This document shows, piece by piece, positions 60,014 through 64,000 of a DNA stretch of 64,000 nucleotides; the stretch's first letter is position 1; each line of letters starts with the position of its first letter. The notes beneath the pieces were generated by a model. The model saw nothing but the letters and a program-made list of their open reading frames with translations. It did no database searches and was not told the origin of the DNA. The DNA is from Alphaproteobacteria bacterium (lineage in GTDB: Bacteria > Pseudomonadota > Alphaproteobacteria > SP197), in contig OZ219747.1 of the NCBI GenBank assembly GCA_964291265.2, forward strand, positions 1,824,001 to 1,888,000, read 5' to 3'. The position numbers and the translations under genes are program-made.

Positions 60014-60757
60014 ATGAACCGTTCGCCGGTTACCTACACGTTGTGGCTTGCCAGCGCCAATGCGGTTGCCGTCGAAGCGGCCAGCATCCACGGTTGCCAT
60101 GGCATCACCATCGACATGGAGCATGGCGTCTTCGATCACGGCGATGTTGACCGGCTGATCCTTCTGGCCCGCGAATCGAGCCTTCAGTCCTTTGTCCGGG
60201 TCGCCGAACCGACGCGTATCGCGGTCCAGAAGCCGCTCGATTCCGGAGCGACGGGAGTCATTGTCCCCCATGTCGACGATCTCGATCATGCCCGCGAAGT
60301 GACGGCCTTTGCCAAGTATCCGCCCATGGGTGACCGCAGCGTCGGGGGCGGCCGGACCTTCGGCTACGGTGGACGTGGCGAGGCCTTCTTTGCTGCCGAG
60401 AACGCCCGCGTACGCTGTTATCCCATGGTGGAGACCGTCGGCGCTCTCGAGGATGTCGAGGCCATCCTGGCGCTCGATTGCGTGGACGGGGTCTTCCTCG
60501 GGCCGGCGGATCTCAACATGGCGCGGGGCCGCAGGGGCGTGTTCGGCGACGTCGACGCGGAAGACCGCAGCCGCGTCGCCGATGCGTGCCGCAAGGCAGG
60601 AAAGGACTTCGGCATGAACGTCTACACGACCGGGGACATGGAGGCATCGCGAGAGATCGGTCTCACCTTCGCAGCGCTTCTGGACGATGTCGCAGCCCTT
60701 CTCGATGGCTACGGCCGCATCGTGAGCGATGCGCGCAGGATCATCGAGGGCGCCTGA
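60014..60757 (+). CDS. HpcH/HpaI aldolase family protein
   Basis: IDMEHG, LDSGATGVIVP, MVET, FLGPADL. Confidence 0.9.
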   Translation: MNRSPVTYTLWLASANAVAVEAASIHGCHGITIDMEHGVFDHGDVDRLILLARESSLQSFVRVAEPTRIAVQKPLDSGATGVIVPHVDDLDHAREVTAFAKYPPMGDRSVGGGRTFGYGGRGEAFFAAENARVRCYPMVETVGALEDVEAILALDCVDGVFLGPADLNMARGRRGVFGDVDAEDRSRVADACRKAGKDFGMNVYTTGDMEASREIGLTFAALLDDVAALLDGYGRIVSDARRIIEGA

Positions 60758-60780
60758 CAGAAGAGGAGGGAGGTAGGGTC

Positions 60781-61617
60781 ATGGTCACGGGGAGCTGCCT
60801 GTGCGGCGCGGTGCGCTGGCGCATCGATGGTCCGCTCACGGGGATGACCCATTGCCATTGTTCCATGTGCCGCAAGATCCACGGAGCGCCGTTTGCCACC
60901 TATGCCGCGGTGGATCCGGAGACCGTGGCCTTCCTGTCAGACAAGGATCATGTGGATTTCTTCGAATCGTCCCCCGGCGCCCTACGCGCCTTTTGTTCCA
61001 GGTGCGGGTCGGTGGTGCCGGTTCCCGGTGAATCGGCGACGCCGGTGGGTGGTCTCGATGGTGATCCCGGCGCCAGGCCCGAAGTGCATATCTTCGCTGC
61101 CTTCCGGGCGCCGTGGCACATCATCGCCGACGATCTGCCGCGTCACGACATCTGGGGGGAGGAGACGGAGGGTCCGGTCATCGACATGCCGGCACGGGCC
61201 GCGCCGGAGGCGGACAACCTTCACGGCAGCTGCCTGTGCAACGCCATCGCCTACGAGGCGCCATCGCGTTTCACGCGGGTGCACAACTGTCACTGCTCGC
61301 GGTGCCGCAAGGCGCGCGCTGCAGCCCACACGACCAATGGCTTTCTCGATATGGACGACCTCCGCTTCACCCGCGGCGAGGATCACCTCAGGATCTGGCA
61401 TCTGCCGGGTGCGCAGTATTTCGCCCAGTCGTTCTGTGTCCGCTGCGGTTCCGTCATGCCCCGTCATGACCGCGGGCGCATGGTTGCGGTGATTCCCTTC
61501 GGGTCTCTTGACAGCGATCCCGGGCAGTCGGCCGATGATCATGTCTTCGTCGGTTCCAGGGCACCCTGGTACGACTTCGCCGATCACCTTCCCCGTCATG
61601 ACGGGATGCCGTCATGA
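60781..61617 (+). CDS. Tandem GFA (CENP-V/Gfa) domain protein
   Basis: Two copies of GSCLC...CHCS-CRK...FC-CGS...H(I/V)F...APW. Confidence 0.9.
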   Translation: MVTGSCLCGAVRWRIDGPLTGMTHCHCSMCRKIHGAPFATYAAVDPETVAFLSDKDHVDFFESSPGALRAFCSRCGSVVPVPGESATPVGGLDGDPGARPEVHIFAAFRAPWHIIADDLPRHDIWGEETEGPVIDMPARAAPEADNLHGSCLCNAIAYEAPSRFTRVHNCHCSRCRKARAAAHTTNGFLDMDDLRFTRGEDHLRIWHLPGAQYFAQSFCVRCGSVMPRHDRGRMVAVIPFGSLDSDPGQSADDHVFVGSRAPWYDFADHLPRHDGMPS

Positions 61618-63164
61618 AGGCCGCGACGAGAAACAGCTGGGCGCCGGAGATCGAGCTCAAGTTCGCCGTCTCGCCGGAAGCCGCGGGATCGCTTCTCCAC
61701 CTGCCGCCGCTGCGCAGGGCGCGGGATCTTGGCGAGCGCTGCATCGATTCACGCTACTTCGACACGGCGGGGGGCCGCCTGCAACGTGACGGCATTGCAT
61801 TGCGCGTGCGGCGTCAGGGTGATTCCTTCGTGCAGACAGCCAAGATGTTCGATCCGGCCGGACACACCGCCTTTCGCCTTGAACGAGAAGATCCGGTCAC
61901 CGGACCACGACCGTGCGCGGCCCTGCTGCGCCAGGCTGCCGGTTCAGGATATGCGGACATCGCTGATGCCGATCTCGTTCCGGCCTTTCGCACCATGATC
62001 AACCGCCGGGTGCTCATGCTGGAGGATCAGGGCAGGGGATCGAGAGTCGAGGTGGCGATCGACAACGGCTTCGTGGAAGCGTCGGGCGCCAGGGAGCCGC
62101 TGAGCGAAATCGAACTCGAGCTCATGGAAGGCGGGGTCGGCGATCTCTACAGCCTGGCGCTCGGGATGCATCGCCAGACACCCCTGGCCATCGAGGTCTT
62201 CACGAAGTCCCAGCGTGGCTATGCGCTCGGTGGTGGTCTGCCGCCGGCATGGAGCAAGGCCGGCGCCTTCGTGCTTGGCCCCGACACAAGTCTCGATGAC
62301 GCCATCGCCCTGACACTGGGACGCTGCTACGGGCACTGGATGAACAACCAGGCCGCGGCCCTTGACGGACGCGATATCGAAGGCGTGCACCAGATGCGTG
62401 TGGCCCTGCGCCGGCTGAGGGCGGCTCTGGAGTTGTTCGCCCCCTGGCTCGGTGACGGAAGCCAGGCGCGCTTCACCGCGGACGTGAAGTGGATTGCCGC
62501 CAGTCTTGCTGCAGTGCGAGACCTCGATGTCTTCAGCCAGGTCATCCTGGCGCCCCTGCGCGAGGCCTTTCAGGGTGACGATGATCTCGCTCACCTCGAG
62601 GCGTGCATGGAGAACCGCAGACGGAAGGCCTGCCGTCGGCTTGTGCTGGCCCTGGGTTCGCCACGCTACACGAGCGTGGTCCTCACACTGGGCCAGTGGA
62701 TCGCCGAGCGTGGCTGGTCTGCGGGCGATCCTGTCCTTGACAGCCCGGCAGGATCCCATGTCGGTCAGGCCTTGAGCGAGGCCTACGCTGACGTGCTGTC
62801 CCGCGGCGAGAGTTTCGCGACCCTGAACGCGGTCGCACGTCATCGACTCCGTCTGCGCATCAAGCGTCTGCGCTATGCCATCCAGTTTGTCGGACCGGCC
62901 TTTCGGGGCACGGGCCCATGGCTCCAGGCGCTTTCGGACCTGCAGGATGCGCTGGGCGTGGCCAACGATGCCGTCGTGGCGGGTGACCTGATCAGGTGCA
63001 GCACCAGGTCGGCCTTCGACAGGCGCCGACTTGCCCGGGCCGCCGGCCTCGTTGCCGGATGGTGGGCGGCAAGGGGGGAACATCTCGAAAGCAACGCGAG
63101 GGCGAGATGGCGGACGTTCACTGAACTCGAGCCATTCTGGAGAACCGACCCGGATTGCCCCTGA
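61614..63164 (+). CDS. CYTH + CHAD domain protein
   Basis: EIELKF, YFDT, ALRVR, EIELEL; VHQMRVALRRLR, HRLR..IKRLRY, LQDALG. Confidence 0.92.
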   Translation: MKAATRNSWAPEIELKFAVSPEAAGSLLHLPPLRRARDLGERCIDSRYFDTAGGRLQRDGIALRVRRQGDSFVQTAKMFDPAGHTAFRLEREDPVTGPRPCAALLRQAAGSGYADIADADLVPAFRTMINRRVLMLEDQGRGSRVEVAIDNGFVEASGAREPLSEIELELMEGGVGDLYSLALGMHRQTPLAIEVFTKSQRGYALGGGLPPAWSKAGAFVLGPDTSLDDAIALTLGRCYGHWMNNQAAALDGRDIEGVHQMRVALRRLRAALELFAPWLGDGSQARFTADVKWIAASLAAVRDLDVFSQVILAPLREAFQGDDDLAHLEACMENRRRKACRRLVLALGSPRYTSVVLTLGQWIAERGWSAGDPVLDSPAGSHVGQALSEAYADVLSRGESFATLNAVARHRLRLRIKRLRYAIQFVGPAFRGTGPWLQALSDLQDALGVANDAVVAGDLIRCSTRSAFDRRRLARAAGLVAGWWAARGEHLESNARARWRTFTELEPFWRTDPDCP

Positions 63165-64000
63165 GATCCGGCGCAAACCTCAGTGTGCCGCGGCGCCACG
63201 TGACGCCCGTTTGATCCAGGTGCTCCAGGAGATCCACCGCGTGATTGCGCCCGATGCCCAGAGCGTCACGCAGGTCGCCCACGCCGATGCCATCCGGGTT
63301 CTCCCGGAGCAGGCGGCGCACGGCCGTGTCCGCTTCGGCGACCTGCCGCGGTGTGAGGTAGCGGTTGCGCGCAATTCTCACCACGAGGCCAAAGGCGGTC
63401 ATTCGTTCGAGAAACCGGCGCAGGTCGTCAGGATTCATGTCCAGGGTGGCGGCAAGGGGATGAAGCGATGGTGGCGAGCCCGACGCCACCTCCATGGCTG
63501 CTTCGGTCCTGGCCCACAGGGCCAGGTCCCTGCCCGGCGGTTCCACCTTGTGTCCCGGACGGTGGATCACCACCCCGCGCCGCGCCAATGTGCCCGTGCG
63601 ACAGAGATCGTCGATGACCGCGCCGACGAGAACGGAATCGGCGGATCCGGGCACCAGCAAGTGGAGTTCCCCGGCTGCAGGCCCGAGCCGGTCCTGCCGG
63701 CGAGCGTGATCTGCGTCGACTGCGTCGAGCACACGGCCGGCGAGAGCGTTCCAGTGACGTTCATGGATCACGTGTTGGCGTCCGTCCCGGGTGAATCGGA
63801 ACAGGGGCTCGGGAAGGGGGCAGGCACCTGCCGCCAGGTTGCGTGACGAAAGGAAGGCCGCCGGATCGAGACCGGTCGCCGCGATGTCGATGAGGGCGTC
63901 CAGCACTTCTTCGTGATCCTTGCCATCGATGGCTCTCAGGCGCGCCAAGCGTTCGGGGCGGGCCCGTCCCCGTGCCGGTCCTGCAGCCTCGAGCACCCGC
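63118..64000 (-). CDS. selB: Selenocysteine-specific elongation factor, C-terminal winged-helix part (runs off window)
   Basis: LRDALGIGRNHAVDLLEHLDQTGVTWRRGTLR matches the SelB last wing. Confidence 0.8.
   Translation of the reverse strand, partial: RVLEAAGPARGRARPERLARLRAIDGKDHEEVLDALIDIAATGLDPAAFLSSRNLAAGACPLPEPLFRFTRDGRQHVIHERHWNALAGRVLDAVDADHARRQDRLGPAAGELHLLVPGSADSVLVGAVIDDLCRTGTLARRGVVIHRPGHKVEPPGRDLALWARTEAAMEVASGSPPSLHPLAATLDMNPDDLRRFLERMTAFGLVVRIARNRYLTPRQVAEADTAVRRLLRENPDGIGVGDLRDALGIGRNHAVDLLEHLDQTGVTWRRGTLRFAPDLRGNPGRFSRMARVQ

Noticed and set aside
1-64000. CRISPR array or cas genes
   Set aside because: No regularly spaced repeat-spacer array or Cas motifs seen; the recurring repeats are dispersed MITEs.

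Overview
A GC-rich alphaproteobacterial-type chromosomal window. Support for that call comes from the elongator tRNA-Met sequence, the DciA/DUF721-mutY-rnhB block, ChrR and selB. Intact housekeeping and catabolic genes (taurine-type and polyamine-type ABC transporters, two Rieske oxygenases, an OYE oxidoreductase, sulfatase, homocysteine methyltransferase, cysQ) alternate with heavily eroded accessory patches. Main observations: (1) a 660-nt ORF-less group II intron sits inside the transposase of an intact-ended IS66 element with a perfect 8-bp TSD, and splicing it out would restore the transposase frame exactly; (2) four dispersed ~120-bp MITEs share the ends of that IS66; (3) an AlkB-type membrane di-iron hydroxylase is fused to a degenerate GlnE adenylyltransferase-like domain, next to an RND exporter, a P450 and a sulfotransferase; (4) a tandem-domain orphan EctC-like gene follows a Rieske oxygenase; (5) a second, dead group II intron has an ISAzo13 nested in it; (6) several TA/defence-like loci are present (XRE-ImmA/IrrE + PIN, HigBA remnant, RES-Xre with an IS-split upstream gene, a coiled-coil protein with a RelE-like tail). 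All family calls come from motif recognition by eye; no database searches were run.
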